Source: an uncultured Candidatus Saccharibacteria bacterium (GTDB taxonomy: Bacteria > Patescibacteriota > Minisyncoccia > Phycocordibacterales > EsbW-18). From it: DNA of 64,000 bases. Location of the stretch: positions 5,418 through 69,417 of the forward strand of contig CAYUSN010000003.1 of assembly GCA_964447415.1 (NCBI GenBank). Direction: 5' to 3'. The notes under the pieces were generated by a model that was not told the origin of the DNA, ran no database searches, and was given only the letters and a program-made list of their open reading frames with translations. Below, piece by piece: positions 7,091-17,768 of this stretch. The position numbers were made by a program, and so were the translations under genes. Each line of letters opens with the position of its first letter. Within the stretch, counting starts at the first letter, position 1.

Positions 7091-8497
7091 ATGAACAACC
7101 GCATCTACATTAAGGATTTAAGCAGTCACATCGACAGCACTGTTACCATTGCCGGCTGGGTATCCGTACGCCGTGACCACGGCAAGCTTATTTTTATTGA
7201 TGTACGCGACGAAACAGGCAAAGTACAGGTTGTGGTTACGCCGAAAAACGCCGCAGCACTTGCAGTAGCAAACACACTGCGCTCCGAGTGGGTGGTAACA
7301 CTGCAGGGGGAAGTGAAAGCGCGTCCTGAAAATCTCGTGAACGCAAACGAGCCCAACGGTTCCATTGAATTTGGCGCAACGGCAATTACCGTGCTCTCAC
7401 AGGCAGTGACACCTCCGTTTGATCCGACACAAGACACTTTGGGCACAAACGAAGAAACACGACTGCAGTACCGCTACGTAGACCTCCGCTCCGCGCGCAT
7501 GCAGAAAAACATCCGCATCAGATCGGAGTGGGTGCAGAAATGCCGCGAATTTTTATTTGCAAAAGGATTCACCGAAATTGAAACGCCGCTGCTCACACAA
7601 TCTACTCCCGAGGGGTCGCGCGACTTTTTGGTGCCGTCACGACACGCGCCGGGCAACTTCTACGCGCTTCCGCAGTCACCGCAACAGTACAAACAGCTTT
7701 TGATGACGTCGGGGTTTGAAAAATATTTCCAGATTGCGCGATGCGTCCGCGATGAAGACCTGCGCGCCGACCGCGGGTACGAACACACCCAGCTCGACTT
7801 GGAAATGGCGTTTGTGACGCGTGACGAGGTGATGGACCTCGTTGAGGAGATGATTACCACGGTCGTGGAGCACTTCGGAAAAGAAATCAAACATAAACCG
7901 TTTCCGCGCATCACCTATACGGAGGCGATGAAAACATACGGCGCCGACAAATTTGATATGCGCACACCCGAAGAAAAAGAGAAGGGGGTTTTGGCATACG
8001 CATGGGTCACCGACTTTCCGTTTTTTGAAAAAGGAGACGACGGCAAGTGGACGTTTTCACACAACCCGTTTTCAATGCCGAAAGAAGAGCATTTGGAATG
8101 GCACATGAAAGGGGAGCACATTGAAGACATCGTCACCCAGCAGTACGACCTGGTTTGCAACGGGTTTGAAACAGGCGGCGGTTCCATCCGCGCGCACCGA
8201 CCTGAAATCCTTGAAGCAACGTACAAAATCATGGGATACACGTCCGAGGAAATACAAGACAGCGTGGGTCACATGCTTGAAGCGTTTTCACACGGCGCCC
8301 CTCCGCACGGCGGTATCGGCATGGGCATTGAGCGCGGGGTCATGATTGTCACCGGTGAGGCATACCTACGCGAGGTGCAGGCATTCCCGATGACCGGAAA
8401 AGGAAAGACCGCAGTCATGCACGCGCCGGGACCCGTCACACCGACCGTTTTACGCGAACTCGGACTCTCGGTCCTCAAAAAGGACGAGAAGAAATAA
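7091..8497 (+). CDS. aspS: Aspartyl-tRNA synthetase (bacterial-type core, no GAD insertion domain, 468 aa)
   Basis: OB-fold N-terminus; class II motifs QSPQQYKQLLMTSGFEKYFQIARCVRDEDLRADR and GGGSIRAHR. The track ORF extension from 6986 runs through the leader and is rejected. Confidence 0.9.
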   Translation: MNNRIYIKDLSSHIDSTVTIAGWVSVRRDHGKLIFIDVRDETGKVQVVVTPKNAAALAVANTLRSEWVVTLQGEVKARPENLVNANEPNGSIEFGATAITVLSQAVTPPFDPTQDTLGTNEETRLQYRYVDLRSARMQKNIRIRSEWVQKCREFLFAKGFTEIETPLLTQSTPEGSRDFLVPSRHAPGNFYALPQSPQQYKQLLMTSGFEKYFQIARCVRDEDLRADRGYEHTQLDLEMAFVTRDEVMDLVEEMITTVVEHFGKEIKHKPFPRITYTEAMKTYGADKFDMRTPEEKEKGVLAYAWVTDFPFFEKGDDGKWTFSHNPFSMPKEEHLEWHMKGEHIEDIVTQQYDLVCNGFETGGGSIRAHRPEILEATYKIMGYTSEEIQDSVGHMLEAFSHGAPPHGGIGMGIERGVMIVTGEAYLREVQAFPMTGKGKTAVMHAPGPVTPTVLRELGLSVLKKDEKK

Positions 8498-8506
8498 CCT
8501 CCTGCC

Positions 8507-9265
8507 ATGCCTGAGCCGTTTGTCATTAAAACACCTGTCTTTGAAGGGCCGCTTGAACTGCTGCTCTCGCTTATCGAAAAGCGCAAACTGCTGATTAACG
8601 ACATCGCGCTTGCCGATGTCGCCGACGAATACATGGAGCACGTGCGCACTCTGTCGCAGTTTCCGACGCGCGAGGTCGCGCAATTTGTGCTTGTCGCGTC
8701 AACGTTGGTGCTCATCAAGTCACGGTCGCTCTTGCCGGAATTTAACCTCACACAAGAAGAAGAGGGTGACATTCAGAATCTGCAGGACCGTCTGCGCCTC
8801 TACCAGCGCGCACGGGAGCTCTCGGCGCACGTGCGCGAGCGTTTCGGTGAACATGTTCTGTTTCCGCGTGAAGAAACAACACTGCCGTTTGAACCGGTAT
8901 TTGCACCGCACCCGTCCATCACCGCATCGCGTCTGTACGAAGCGCTCAAGGGCGTTGTCGCGCGGCTGCCGAAAACGGAGCAGCTGCAAAAAACCGTCGT
9001 TGAAAAAATCATGAGTTTGGAAGAGATGATGGACCGGCTTACGGGGCGCATCAAACAGGCGCTCTCCATGCGCTTCTCGGAATTTGCAAAAGCACATGCG
9101 CACGGAGGCACCACTGAGCGGGAGGTGAAAGTCAACACAATCGTGTCGTTTCTGGCGATGCTGGAACTCGTTAAACAGGGGATGCTTGCCGCGCGTCAGC
9201 ACGCGACATTCTCCGACATTGAAATGGAAAATGCCGCCGTCGGCACACCGCGCTATACTGCATAA
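8507..9265 (+). CDS. scpA: Segregation and condensation protein A
   Basis: N-terminal FEGPLELLLSLIEKRKLLINDIALADVADEYMEHV is the ScpA signature. Confidence 0.85.
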   Translation: MPEPFVIKTPVFEGPLELLLSLIEKRKLLINDIALADVADEYMEHVRTLSQFPTREVAQFVLVASTLVLIKSRSLLPEFNLTQEEEGDIQNLQDRLRLYQRARELSAHVRERFGEHVLFPREETTLPFEPVFAPHPSITASRLYEALKGVVARLPKTEQLQKTVVEKIMSLEEMMDRLTGRIKQALSMRFSEFAKAHAHGGTTEREVKVNTIVSFLAMLELVKQGMLAARQHATFSDIEMENAAVGTPRYTA

Positions 9266-9271
9266 ACCACC

Positions 9272-9841
9272 ATGACACCGTACGCTTCACAACTGGAATC
9301 CATTCTGTTTTTCAAAGGGGAACCCGTCTCTTCGCGCGAGTTGGCAAAAATGCTCTCGCTCTCCGAGTCGGAGGTGCGCGTTGCCGCGGAGGAACTGCAG
9401 GGTCACCTTGCGTCTGAGGGACGCGGCGTCCGGCTCATGCACAATGACGACGCCTACCAACTGGTAACGGCACCCGAAATGTCTTCAAAAATCCAACAGC
9501 TTATCAAAGAAGATTTACAAAAAGATCTCAGTAAGGCGAGTCTGGAGACGCTTTCTATTGTGCTGTACTACGGACCCGTTACCCGTGCGCGCATTGACTA
9601 CATCCGCGGCGTGAACTCGTCGTTTTCCGTTCGCGCGCTGTCCATCCGCGGACTCATTGACCGCGCGGAGAACCCGCACGATCAGCGCTCCTACATATAC
9701 ACGCCGTCGATGCAGCTGCTCTCATACCTTGGTGTTGAAGATGCGACGCAGCTTCCTGAATACACCGTCATGCGCGAAGAAATAACACAATTTGAAGCAC
9801 GCGAGAAAGAAAAATTAACCGATAACCCGCCGAACGCGTAA
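9272..9841 (+). CDS. scpB: Segregation and condensation protein B
   Basis: LESILFFKGEPVS...ELAKML winged-helix N-terminus; directly follows scpA. Confidence 0.85.
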   Translation: MTPYASQLESILFFKGEPVSSRELAKMLSLSESEVRVAAEELQGHLASEGRGVRLMHNDDAYQLVTAPEMSSKIQQLIKEDLQKDLSKASLETLSIVLYYGPVTRARIDYIRGVNSSFSVRALSIRGLIDRAENPHDQRSYIYTPSMQLLSYLGVEDATQLPEYTVMREEITQFEAREKEKLTDNPPNA

Positions 9842-9845
9842 CATC

Positions 9846-10754
9846 ATGACGGGCTACCACAACACCGTGCGACATGTGCCGTACGCGCTTACCGGAGTGC
9901 TCCTGGTGTGCGTTGCCGCGCTCATCGGTGTGTCGCTGTTTTTGAATAATCCGAAAACGCCCGACGCATCCGCACAGACAGAGATCGCAACAACAACACT
10001 TTCACTTGCATCGCCGCTTGAGGCAAAAGCCGCGTTTGTGTTTGATGTGCGCAACAACGCGGTTCTCTACGCGCATAACGCCGACGAACAGCTGCCGCTT
10101 GCGTCACTCACGAAAGTGCTCGCCGCGCTTGTTGCGCAGGAATTTTTCCCGGCCGGTACACAGGTGACCGTCTCAAAAACCGCACTCACCGAAGAAGGGG
10201 AGTCGGGGCTCGTTGAGGGAGAAGTGTGGGATGTCGATGAGCTGCTCAAATTTATCCTCATCACTTCGTCAAATGACGGTGTTGCCCTTTTGGAAGAGGT
10301 GTACGACTCGCTGGACGAGGAAACGTTTGTGCAGGCGCTTGACCGGCGCGCGCGCGAAATCGGACTCACCACGTTTTCCATACGAAACGCCACGGGACTG
10401 GACGCCGAGGACACCCTGCGTGCAACCAATTACGGCTCTGCGCGCGACGTAGCAAAACTGTTCTCCTACGCACTGTTGTCGATGCCGGATATCCTCGATG
10501 CGACCCGCGCGGGCACTAATTCCATTTCTTCACTGTCGCGAGTGCACAAGATAGAAAACACCAACGAAGTCATTGACCTCGTGCCGAATGCCGTCGGCGG
10601 AAAAACGGGTTTTACGGACGCCGCGGGAGGCAATCTGGTGATGTCGTTTGACCGGGACATCGGAAGCCCGATTATCATCGTCGTGTTGGGTTCAAGTAAA
10701 GAGGGACGGTTTTCCGATATGAAGACACTTGTGGACGCCGTCCGTTCACAGTAG
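9846..10754 (+). CDS. D-alanyl-D-alanine carboxypeptidase (peptidase S11, PBP5-like)
   Basis: SLTK (SxxK), SSND (SxN) and KTGFT (KTG) motifs in order; N-terminal membrane anchor. Confidence 0.8.
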   Translation: MTGYHNTVRHVPYALTGVLLVCVAALIGVSLFLNNPKTPDASAQTEIATTTLSLASPLEAKAAFVFDVRNNAVLYAHNADEQLPLASLTKVLAALVAQEFFPAGTQVTVSKTALTEEGESGLVEGEVWDVDELLKFILITSSNDGVALLEEVYDSLDEETFVQALDRRAREIGLTTFSIRNATGLDAEDTLRATNYGSARDVAKLFSYALLSMPDILDATRAGTNSISSLSRVHKIENTNEVIDLVPNAVGGKTGFTDAAGGNLVMSFDRDIGSPIIIVVLGSSKEGRFSDMKTLVDAVRSQ

Positions 10755-10781
10755 ATAGTTTTGGAGTACACTACATGAAGT

Positions 10782-11840
10782 ATGGAAATTACTGATGCAA
10801 TTAAAATCATCGCGCCGACCACCTTCTCCTTTTTTATCGGCATCCTCGTGACGCCGATTATCACGCATTACCTGTACACAAAAAGTATCTGGAAGAAGCG
10901 AGCAGGGAATACGCAGGGAATGGGGGATGACAAAGGCACGCCGATTTTCAACGAACTGCACAAGGACCGCGAGACGCACACGCCGCGCATGGGCGGACTC
11001 GTCGTGGTCTTTTCCGTCTTTATCACCGTCGCCGTGTTCTGGCTGCTGTCGTACCTCGGCACCGGCGGACCTTCAGGAAAAATTGACTTTCTGTCGCGCA
11101 CACAGACATGGCTGCCGCTTGCCGGATTTCTCATCGGCGCCATCGTCGGGTTCATTGAGGACCTGGTGGTGGTGTCCATCTCGCCGCGCTTTCCCGACGG
11201 ACTGCCGTTCCGCTACCGCGCATTGCCGCTTTTGTTGTTCGGACTGTTTACCGCATGGTGGTTTTATGAAAAGCTCGGCATGTCGGAGGTATTTGTGCCG
11301 TTTTACGGACATGTGGACCTGGGGCTGTGGTTTATTCCGTTTTTCCTTGTAGTGCTGCTTGCCGTACTTGCATCCGGCATCATCGACGGCATTGACGGGC
11401 TCTCCGGCGGCGTGTTGGCAACCGTCTTTTCGGCGCTCGGCATCATCGCCGCATTTCACAATCAGATTGATATGTCCGCACTGTCGTTTGTCATCGTCGG
11501 CGGACTTTTGGCGTTTTTATGGTTTAACATCCCGCCGGCGCGCTTTTACCTCACCGAAATCGGCTTTCTCCCGCTCGCCATCGCACTCACCATCATCGCG
11601 TTTCTCACCGATACGGTGCTCCTGCTCCCGATTATCGCGTTCGTACAGTTCATCACGGTCGGCACCAACATTCTGCAGGTCGCGTCAAAGAAGCTCCGCG
11701 GCAAAAAGATTTTTCTCGTCGCGCCCATCCACCACCACTTTGAGGCTCTCGGCTGGCCTCCGTACAAGGTTGTCATGCGCTACTGGGTACTCTCCGTTAT
11801 CTGTGCGACCATAGGCGTACTCATCGCGTTGTTAGGGTAA
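10782..11840 (+). CDS. mraY: Phospho-N-acetylmuramoyl-pentapeptide transferase
   Basis: DGIDGLSGG and APIHHHFE motifs; polytopic membrane protein. Confidence 0.9.
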   Translation: MEITDAIKIIAPTTFSFFIGILVTPIITHYLYTKSIWKKRAGNTQGMGDDKGTPIFNELHKDRETHTPRMGGLVVVFSVFITVAVFWLLSYLGTGGPSGKIDFLSRTQTWLPLAGFLIGAIVGFIEDLVVVSISPRFPDGLPFRYRALPLLLFGLFTAWWFYEKLGMSEVFVPFYGHVDLGLWFIPFFLVVLLAVLASGIIDGIDGLSGGVLATVFSALGIIAAFHNQIDMSALSFVIVGGLLAFLWFNIPPARFYLTEIGFLPLAIALTIIAFLTDTVLLLPIIAFVQFITVGTNILQVASKKLRGKKIFLVAPIHHHFEALGWPPYKVVMRYWVLSVICATIGVLIALLG

Positions 11841-11852
11841 GGTTTTCGTTGT

Positions 11853-12950
11853 ATGACAAAAAAAATAGACACACCGTTTTTGATTATCACCGTACTTCTG
11901 GTGCTTGCGGGTCTGTTTATTTTTGTATCCGCAAGCTTAGGACTGCTGGCGCGCGAAGGAGCAGACATGACCGGACAAGTCATCAACCAGGTCATTGCAA
12001 TCGTCGCCGGCGTTGTGCTCGCGGTCATTGCAACCAAACTGCCGACGCCACTGTGGAATAAATACGCGTTCTTTATTTTTCTCGGCGCCATTGCTTCGAC
12101 GCTTCTGGTGTTTGTTCCCGGACTCGGCATTGAACATGCAGGTGCGCGCCGGTGGATTGAAGTCGGGTCCTTTTCCGTACAACCGGCGGAGTTTTTAAAA
12201 TTCGCGTTTATTCTGTACTACGCCGCATGGTGCACCGCGGTACAGAAAAAAATCCACACGCTCCGCTACAGCATCTTTCCGCTTCTCGGACTCCTTGCGC
12301 TGTGCGCCGTTCCGCTTATCCTGCAGCCTGATTACGGAACACTTGTCATCATCGGTATTACCGGCTTTGCAATGCTTCTGACCGCGGGCGCGTCATGGAA
12401 ACACATCGCCATTCTCACGTTCGCCGGCGCCGCATTTCTTACCTTTGTCGTAATGACCGTCCCGTACGTGCACGACCGCGTCACCACACTCTTTGATCCG
12501 AGCCGCGATCCGCAGGGTGCGGGCTATCAGATTCAACAGTCGCTCATTGCCATCGGTTCAGGCCATGTCACCGGCAGAGGGTTCGGCCAGAGCGTGCAGA
12601 AGTTTAATTTCCTTCCTGAGCCGGTGGGTGATTCCATCTTTGCGGTCTTCGCAGAGGAGTGGGGCTTCGTCGGAAGTCTTATGCTGTTGGCGCTGTTTAT
12701 CGCGTTCCTGTCGCGGGGATACCATATCGCACTGCGTGCGCCGAAAACATTTTCACGAATTGCCGTCGTCGGTTTTATCACGGCAATTACCATACAATCT
12801 TTCATCAACATCGCGTCCATGCTCGGTGTGTTTCCGCTCACCGGCGATCCGCTCGTCTTCGTTTCGCAGGGAGGAACCGCAATTGCCGTCGCGCTCTTAG
12901 AAGTGGGTATCGTGCTGGGCATCTCCAAAACCATACCGCACACGGCGTAA
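11853..12950 (+). CDS. ftsW: Peptidoglycan glycosyltransferase FtsW/RodA (SEDS family)
   Basis: LQPDYGT and SGHVTGRGFGQS...LPEPVGDSIFAVFAEEWGFVG signatures. Directly follows mraY, with no murD between them. Confidence 0.85.
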   Translation: MTKKIDTPFLIITVLLVLAGLFIFVSASLGLLAREGADMTGQVINQVIAIVAGVVLAVIATKLPTPLWNKYAFFIFLGAIASTLLVFVPGLGIEHAGARRWIEVGSFSVQPAEFLKFAFILYYAAWCTAVQKKIHTLRYSIFPLLGLLALCAVPLILQPDYGTLVIIGITGFAMLLTAGASWKHIAILTFAGAAFLTFVVMTVPYVHDRVTTLFDPSRDPQGAGYQIQQSLIAIGSGHVTGRGFGQSVQKFNFLPEPVGDSIFAVFAEEWGFVGSLMLLALFIAFLSRGYHIALRAPKTFSRIAVVGFITAITIQSFINIASMLGVFPLTGDPLVFVSQGGTAIAVALLEVGIVLGISKTIPHTA

Positions 12951-13015
12951 GACGACGTACCGCTTTTTTGGTATACTACAGGGGTATTCGCAGTGCGCGG
13001 ATACCTACTTTTTAT

Positions 13016-14170
13016 ATGCGCATCGTACTAACGGGAGGCGGTTCGGGAGGACATTTTTATCCGATGATTGCGGTTGCTCAGCAAATCAGAGCGCTTGCAA
13101 AAGAACAACGGCTTCTTGAACCTGAGTTGATCTACATGGCACCTGAGGAATACGACGCCGACGCGCTGTATGAAAACAGCATCGTCTTCAAACACATCAG
13201 TGCGGGCAAACGGCGAAAATACAGATCACTCCTTAATATTACCGACGGAATAAAAACAGGGTGGGGGATTCTTAAGGCAATTCTGAAGATGTATTCCGTC
13301 TTCCCCGACGTTGTTTTTTCAAAAGGCGGATACGTGAGTGTGCCGGTGGTGCTTGCCGCGCGTATTTTCGGCATCCCCATCGTTATTCATGACTCAGACG
13401 CCGTACCGGGACGCGCGAACTCATGGGCGGCAAAATATGCGCGCCGCATCGCCATTTCATACCCTGAATCCGCGCAGTATTTTGAATCCATCATCCAGAA
13501 GAAAAAAAACAAACCCGTCATCGCGCTAACCGGTAATCCTGTGCGTCACGAAGTGGAAACGCTTGCGACTGCAGGTGCGCATGAATTTCTCAAACTTTCG
13601 CGTGACATCCCGACAATTCTGGTGCTCGGCGGCTCACAGGGCGCACAGATGATAAACGAAACGCTCATTGAGGCGCTCCCGGAGCTTGTCGAACACTATC
13701 AGATACTTCATCAAACCGGCAAAGAACACCACACCATCGTTTCGGAAAGCGCGAAGATGATTCTTGAGAACAGTCCGCACAGAGATCGGTACCACTCGTT
13801 TCCGTTTCTCAACGTCGTTGCTCTGCGCATGGCGGGCGGCGCCGCCGACCTTGTGATATCACGCGCGGGCTCGGGTGCTATTTTTGAAATCGCGATGTGG
13901 GCAAAACCGGCTATTTTGATTCCCATACCGCAGGATGTGAGCCACGACCAGATTCACAATGCGTTTGCCTACGCGCGCACCGGCGCCTGTATTGTCATCG
14001 CACAAAATAACCTCACACCGCACCTGCTTTCCTCTGAAATAAACCGGCTTATGGACTCGCCTGACGAACGCAAAAAAATGGTCGCAGGAGCAAAAAGCTT
14101 CGCACAACCGCAGGCTGCACGAAAAATCGCACAGGAGGTGCTTGATTTGGCGCTTGAGCATGAAGAATAG
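13016..14170 (+). CDS. murG: UDP-N-acetylglucosamine--N-acetylmuramyl-(pentapeptide) pyrophosphoryl-undecaprenol N-acetylglucosamine transferase
   Basis: MRIVLTGGGSGGHFYPMIAV glycine-rich N-terminal motif. The track ORF 12659-14170 is an upstream extension overlapping ftsW. Confidence 0.85.
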   Translation: MRIVLTGGGSGGHFYPMIAVAQQIRALAKEQRLLEPELIYMAPEEYDADALYENSIVFKHISAGKRRKYRSLLNITDGIKTGWGILKAILKMYSVFPDVVFSKGGYVSVPVVLAARIFGIPIVIHDSDAVPGRANSWAAKYARRIAISYPESAQYFESIIQKKKNKPVIALTGNPVRHEVETLATAGAHEFLKLSRDIPTILVLGGSQGAQMINETLIEALPELVEHYQILHQTGKEHHTIVSESAKMILENSPHRDRYHSFPFLNVVALRMAGGAADLVISRAGSGAIFEIAMWAKPAILIPIPQDVSHDQIHNAFAYARTGACIVIAQNNLTPHLLSSEINRLMDSPDERKKMVAGAKSFAQPQAARKIAQEVLDLALEHEE

Positions 14171-15497
14171 TATGAGCTCTGTCGTCACCAGATTCGCGCC
14201 CTCACCGACCGGCTTCCTCCATATGGGAGGCGTCCGCACCGCGCTGTACAATTTCCTGTATGCTCGCAAACACGCAGGAACATTCGTTCTGCGTATTGAA
14301 GACACCGATGTCGCCCGAAACCGGCAGGAGTGGGCGACGGGACTCGTGGATGACCTCGCGTGGCTGGGACTCTCGCACGACGTATTTGCAAAACAGTCCG
14401 AAAGAACACAATTGTACCGTGACGCGGTCAAGAAACTTATCGACTCGGGACACGCATACATATCAAAGGAAACGCCGACCGAGGAAGGTCAGCGCGACGA
14501 AGTTGTGCGTTTCAAAAACCCCAATACCGTGGTCACCGTCACCGATATCATTCGCGGCGAAGTATCCGTGGATACTACCGACTTGAAAGATTTCATCATT
14601 GCGCGCTCGGTTGATGAGCCGCTGTACCATCTTGCGGTCGTCATCGACGACGCCTTGATGGGTGTTACACACGTCATCCGCGGTGAAGAACATCTCTCAA
14701 ATACACCGCGCCAGATTCTCATTCAGGAGGCGCTCGGCTACTCGCGACCGGTATATGCGCACCTGCCGCTGATGCTTGCCACCGACAAAAGTAAACTCTC
14801 CAAACGCAAACACGGGGAAGCGGTGTCGCTCACACACTACCGCTCCCGCGGGTATCTGCCCTCTGCAATTCTTAACTTTCTGCTGCTTATCGGATGGAAT
14901 CCCGGAACCGAGCAGGAATTTTTTACACTCGAAGAAATGATCGCGCAGTTTGACCTTGCAAAAGCGCAGAAGGGAGGCGCGGTGTTTAACGTCGAGAAAC
15001 TCGACTGGATCAACAAGCACTACATCATGCAGATGACGGCAGATGAACAATGGGAGTGGATTGACCGCTTTACACCGCCTGAATATGACCGCGGGATGCT
15101 CAAAAAAATTCACGCACTCGTTATTGACCGCATTTCCGCGTTCGGTGAAATTTCAGATTTATTTGCGAAAGGGGAGTTCACGTATTTTTTCTCGGCTCCT
15201 TCATACGACGGTGTCTCGCTCTCATGGAAAGACGCCTCGCCGGAGGATACAAAACGACACCTCGCACAGGTAGCCACGCTTCTGGAGGCCGTTTCAGACG
15301 ATGTATTCACCGCAGATGGTGTAAAAGAAGCCGTGTGGGGCTACGCCGAGGAACACGGACGGGGCGCCGTGCTCTGGCCGCTGCGTGTCGCGCTCTCCGG
15401 ACAGGAAAAATCAGTTGATCCGTTCACCACCGCCGGTATTGTGGGTAAAAAAGAAACGCTCTCACGTCTCTCATCCGCAACCGCACACCTCTCATGA
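14160..15497 (+). CDS. gltX: Glutamyl-tRNA synthetase
   Basis: HIGH-region PSPTGFLHMGG and KLSKRK (KMSKS); start overlaps the murG stop. Confidence 0.88.
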   Translation: MKNSMSSVVTRFAPSPTGFLHMGGVRTALYNFLYARKHAGTFVLRIEDTDVARNRQEWATGLVDDLAWLGLSHDVFAKQSERTQLYRDAVKKLIDSGHAYISKETPTEEGQRDEVVRFKNPNTVVTVTDIIRGEVSVDTTDLKDFIIARSVDEPLYHLAVVIDDALMGVTHVIRGEEHLSNTPRQILIQEALGYSRPVYAHLPLMLATDKSKLSKRKHGEAVSLTHYRSRGYLPSAILNFLLLIGWNPGTEQEFFTLEEMIAQFDLAKAQKGGAVFNVEKLDWINKHYIMQMTADEQWEWIDRFTPPEYDRGMLKKIHALVIDRISAFGEISDLFAKGEFTYFFSAPSYDGVSLSWKDASPEDTKRHLAQVATLLEAVSDDVFTADGVKEAVWGYAEEHGRGAVLWPLRVALSGQEKSVDPFTTAGIVGKKETLSRLSSATAHLS

Positions 15498-16786
15498 TGC
15501 TCAATCGCCTCATCACACAAACCATTTTGATTACCATACTCTTGGCACTTTCAGCCGGAGCCTCTGCGGCGTCACTGGATGACCTGTACGATAAAATCAA
15601 CGAGAAGCAGGACCAAATTGAGCAGGTTGAGCGGGATATTAAAAAGTATGAAGCAGAGCTCCAGAAAGTCGGCGCCGAGCGCGGTACGCTTGAGGCCGCG
15701 ATTGCGGAGCTGAATCTCACGCGTCAAAAGCTGCTGTCTGATATCTCGCTCACGCAGAAAAAAATCGAACAGACGGAATACTCCATTGAAAAACTGTCGT
15801 TGACCATCGGCGAGCAGGAGGCGCGCATACAGCGGAATAACAACGTGCTGCGAGAAGCGCTCCGGACCGTGCATGCCGCCGACAACGAAACATTCGTTGA
15901 GGTGATGCTCGGACGCGACTCATTTACCGACGTATGGACCGAGATTGACCAGCTCGGACAGATACAGGAAACGGTACAAGACGAGCTCATCGCGCTCCGT
16001 GAACTGAAGGCGGAACTTTCCCAGCAACGCGAAGAAGAACAAAAAGAATATGATGCACTCTCGTCATACAAATCGAAGTTGAGCGGTCAAAAACAGGTCA
16101 TCGAAGTCAACAAACAACAAAAAGACCAGCTCCTCTCTACCACCAAAAGCAAAGAAGCCGAGTACCAGCGTCTTCTTGAAGAAAAACGTGCGGCTGCAAA
16201 AAAGTTTGAAAGCGAACTGCAGGATTATGAGGCGCAGCTCCAGTACGCACAGGATCCGAGCAAGCTTCCGCAAAAGGGAAGCGGGGTGCTCTCGTGGCCT
16301 ATTGAGAATCCGTACCTGACCCAGGGCTATGGCTTGACAAGTTTCGCAAGAAGTGGTGCTTATGGATATGACAAATCGGGCCAACCGAACCCGCACCGCG
16401 GTGTGGATTTCCGCGCATCCGTCGGCACGCCGGTTTTGGCGGCCGCTCCGGGAACCGTGCGCGACGCGGTGAACATGGATGCGGCAAAAGGATGCTATTC
16501 GTACGGCAAGTGGATTCTGATTGACCACGACAACGGGTTATCCACACTGTACGCGCATCTCTCGGTCATGTCGGTTGCCGCCGGCGACTATGTGAAGGCA
16601 GGTAAAATTATCGGCTATGCAGGCGCATCAGGCTATGCGACGGGTCCGCACCTGCACTTTACGGTCTTTGACCGCGACGCCGTGAAAGTATCGCCGTTTT
16701 CTTGGAGCATCGGCTGTAAAAACACCAAAGTACCGTACGCGCCGTACGAAGCATACCTTGACCCGAACGCGTACCTGCCGAAATAA
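15494..16786 (+). CDS. Peptidase M23 family murein endopeptidase with N-terminal coiled coil (EnvC-like)
   Basis: Signal peptide, long Q/E/K-rich coiled coil, then C-terminal HRGVDF...GPHLHF M23 zinc site. ATGA overlap with the gltX stop. Confidence 0.85.
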   Translation: MMLNRLITQTILITILLALSAGASAASLDDLYDKINEKQDQIEQVERDIKKYEAELQKVGAERGTLEAAIAELNLTRQKLLSDISLTQKKIEQTEYSIEKLSLTIGEQEARIQRNNNVLREALRTVHAADNETFVEVMLGRDSFTDVWTEIDQLGQIQETVQDELIALRELKAELSQQREEEQKEYDALSSYKSKLSGQKQVIEVNKQQKDQLLSTTKSKEAEYQRLLEEKRAAAKKFESELQDYEAQLQYAQDPSKLPQKGSGVLSWPIENPYLTQGYGLTSFARSGAYGYDKSGQPNPHRGVDFRASVGTPVLAAAPGTVRDAVNMDAAKGCYSYGKWILIDHDNGLSTLYAHLSVMSVAAGDYVKAGKIIGYAGASGYATGPHLHFTVFDRDAVKVSPFSWSIGCKNTKVPYAPYEAYLDPNAYLPK

Positions 16787-16834
16787 AACTATCAACAGCG
16801 GGTGCGCGCGGCGCAAATAAACGTGCTATAACGT

Positions 16835-17146
16835 TTGTATATGAAGTTTCAGGTACCAAACCACCGCGGATTCATCCAATTGATCCTCATTATTGTCATC
16901 GCGGTTATCGTGCTGGGATACTTCAGCATCAACATTGCCGACGTCATGGCGTCTCCGGTCGTCAAAGAAAACCTGTCCTACGTGTGGAACCTCGTGAAAG
17001 ACGTCTGGGGGACGTATTTAAGCGGACCCGCGACGTGGGTGTGGGAACATATTGTGAGCGTTTTGTGGGATTTATTTTTACAGGGCGTCGATAACTTGAG
17101 AGACAACGGCGGGCAGATTCCTGCACAGGAGATAAACATTGAGTAG
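16835..17146 (+). CDS. Small hypothetical membrane protein
   Basis: One TM helix LILIIVIAVIVLGYF; followed by hairpin GGGG-ttattaaaa-CCCC plus T-run. Confidence 0.45.
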   Translation: MYMKFQVPNHRGFIQLILIIVIAVIVLGYFSINIADVMASPVVKENLSYVWNLVKDVWGTYLSGPATWVWEHIVSVLWDLFLQGVDNLRDNGGQIPAQEINIE

Positions 17147-17282
17147 AGGAAACGGATTACGACAAAAAAAGGGCTTGCAGACGGGGTTATTAAAACCCCC
17201 TTATTTTTATAGTATATAGGTCGGAAAAGATATATTGTGCGACGTTATATCTCTCGTGAAACAAGTACTCCCCTCATGGGGG

Positions 17283-17768
17283 TCATTGACAGTTTTTTGC
17301 TTTTGTGAGCCCTGCCTGTTGCGCCTGTAATTCGCTCTCAAACCAGATTTTATTTTCTTCTTTTATCTGGCTTGCCCCGGCACACCAGGGGTAGTGATAC
17401 TTAGTGCCGTTTTTGGAGGCAACGACCCTTCCCCCTGCCCCCGGCAGGGCATCACTGTTTTTTAGGCCTCCTGGAGACGTTATAGCGTTGTCTGCCGAGT
17501 GTTCTGCAGGATTTCCATCATCGGTGCCGACCTTTGAACCGCTGTCTTTTGGGGGTGCGACAGGGAGGATGTTTTTTATGGAAACGGGGCACTGCACTTC
17601 CCTTTCTGACTCTATTTTTGCGGCCCCGTAGGAAAGCACGGCTATGCAAAAAGCCGCAGATACCAGCACGGCGTCGCGGGCAAAACGAAGGCCTCGGGGC
17701 TTGTTTTTCAGCCACAATACCTGTATACTTCCTCTTGCTTTTTCAAATAAAAACGACATATGGCACAT
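17283..17768 (-). CDS. Hypothetical secreted/membrane-anchored protein with C-terminal Cys/His motif (YHYPWC...ELQAQQAG)
   Basis: N-terminal anchor [13 protein letters not shown]; conserved-looking C-terminal ~45 aa. The ATG-based start overlaps the rpmA start head-to-head, so the true start is probably an internal TTG/GTG. Confidence 0.45.
   Translation of the reverse strand: MCHMSFLFEKARGSIQVLWLKNKPRGLRFARDAVLVSAAFCIAVLSYGAAKIESEREVQCPVSIKNILPVAPPKDSGSKVGTDDGNPAEHSADNAITSPGGLKNSDALPGAGGRVVASKNGTKYHYPWCAGASQIKEENKIWFESELQAQQAGLTKAKNCQ

Noticed and set aside
12659-13015. Upstream extension of murG overlapping the 3' end of ftsW.
   Set aside because: MurG homology (GGGSGGHFYP) begins at 13016. 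The extension is ftsW sequence read in another frame.
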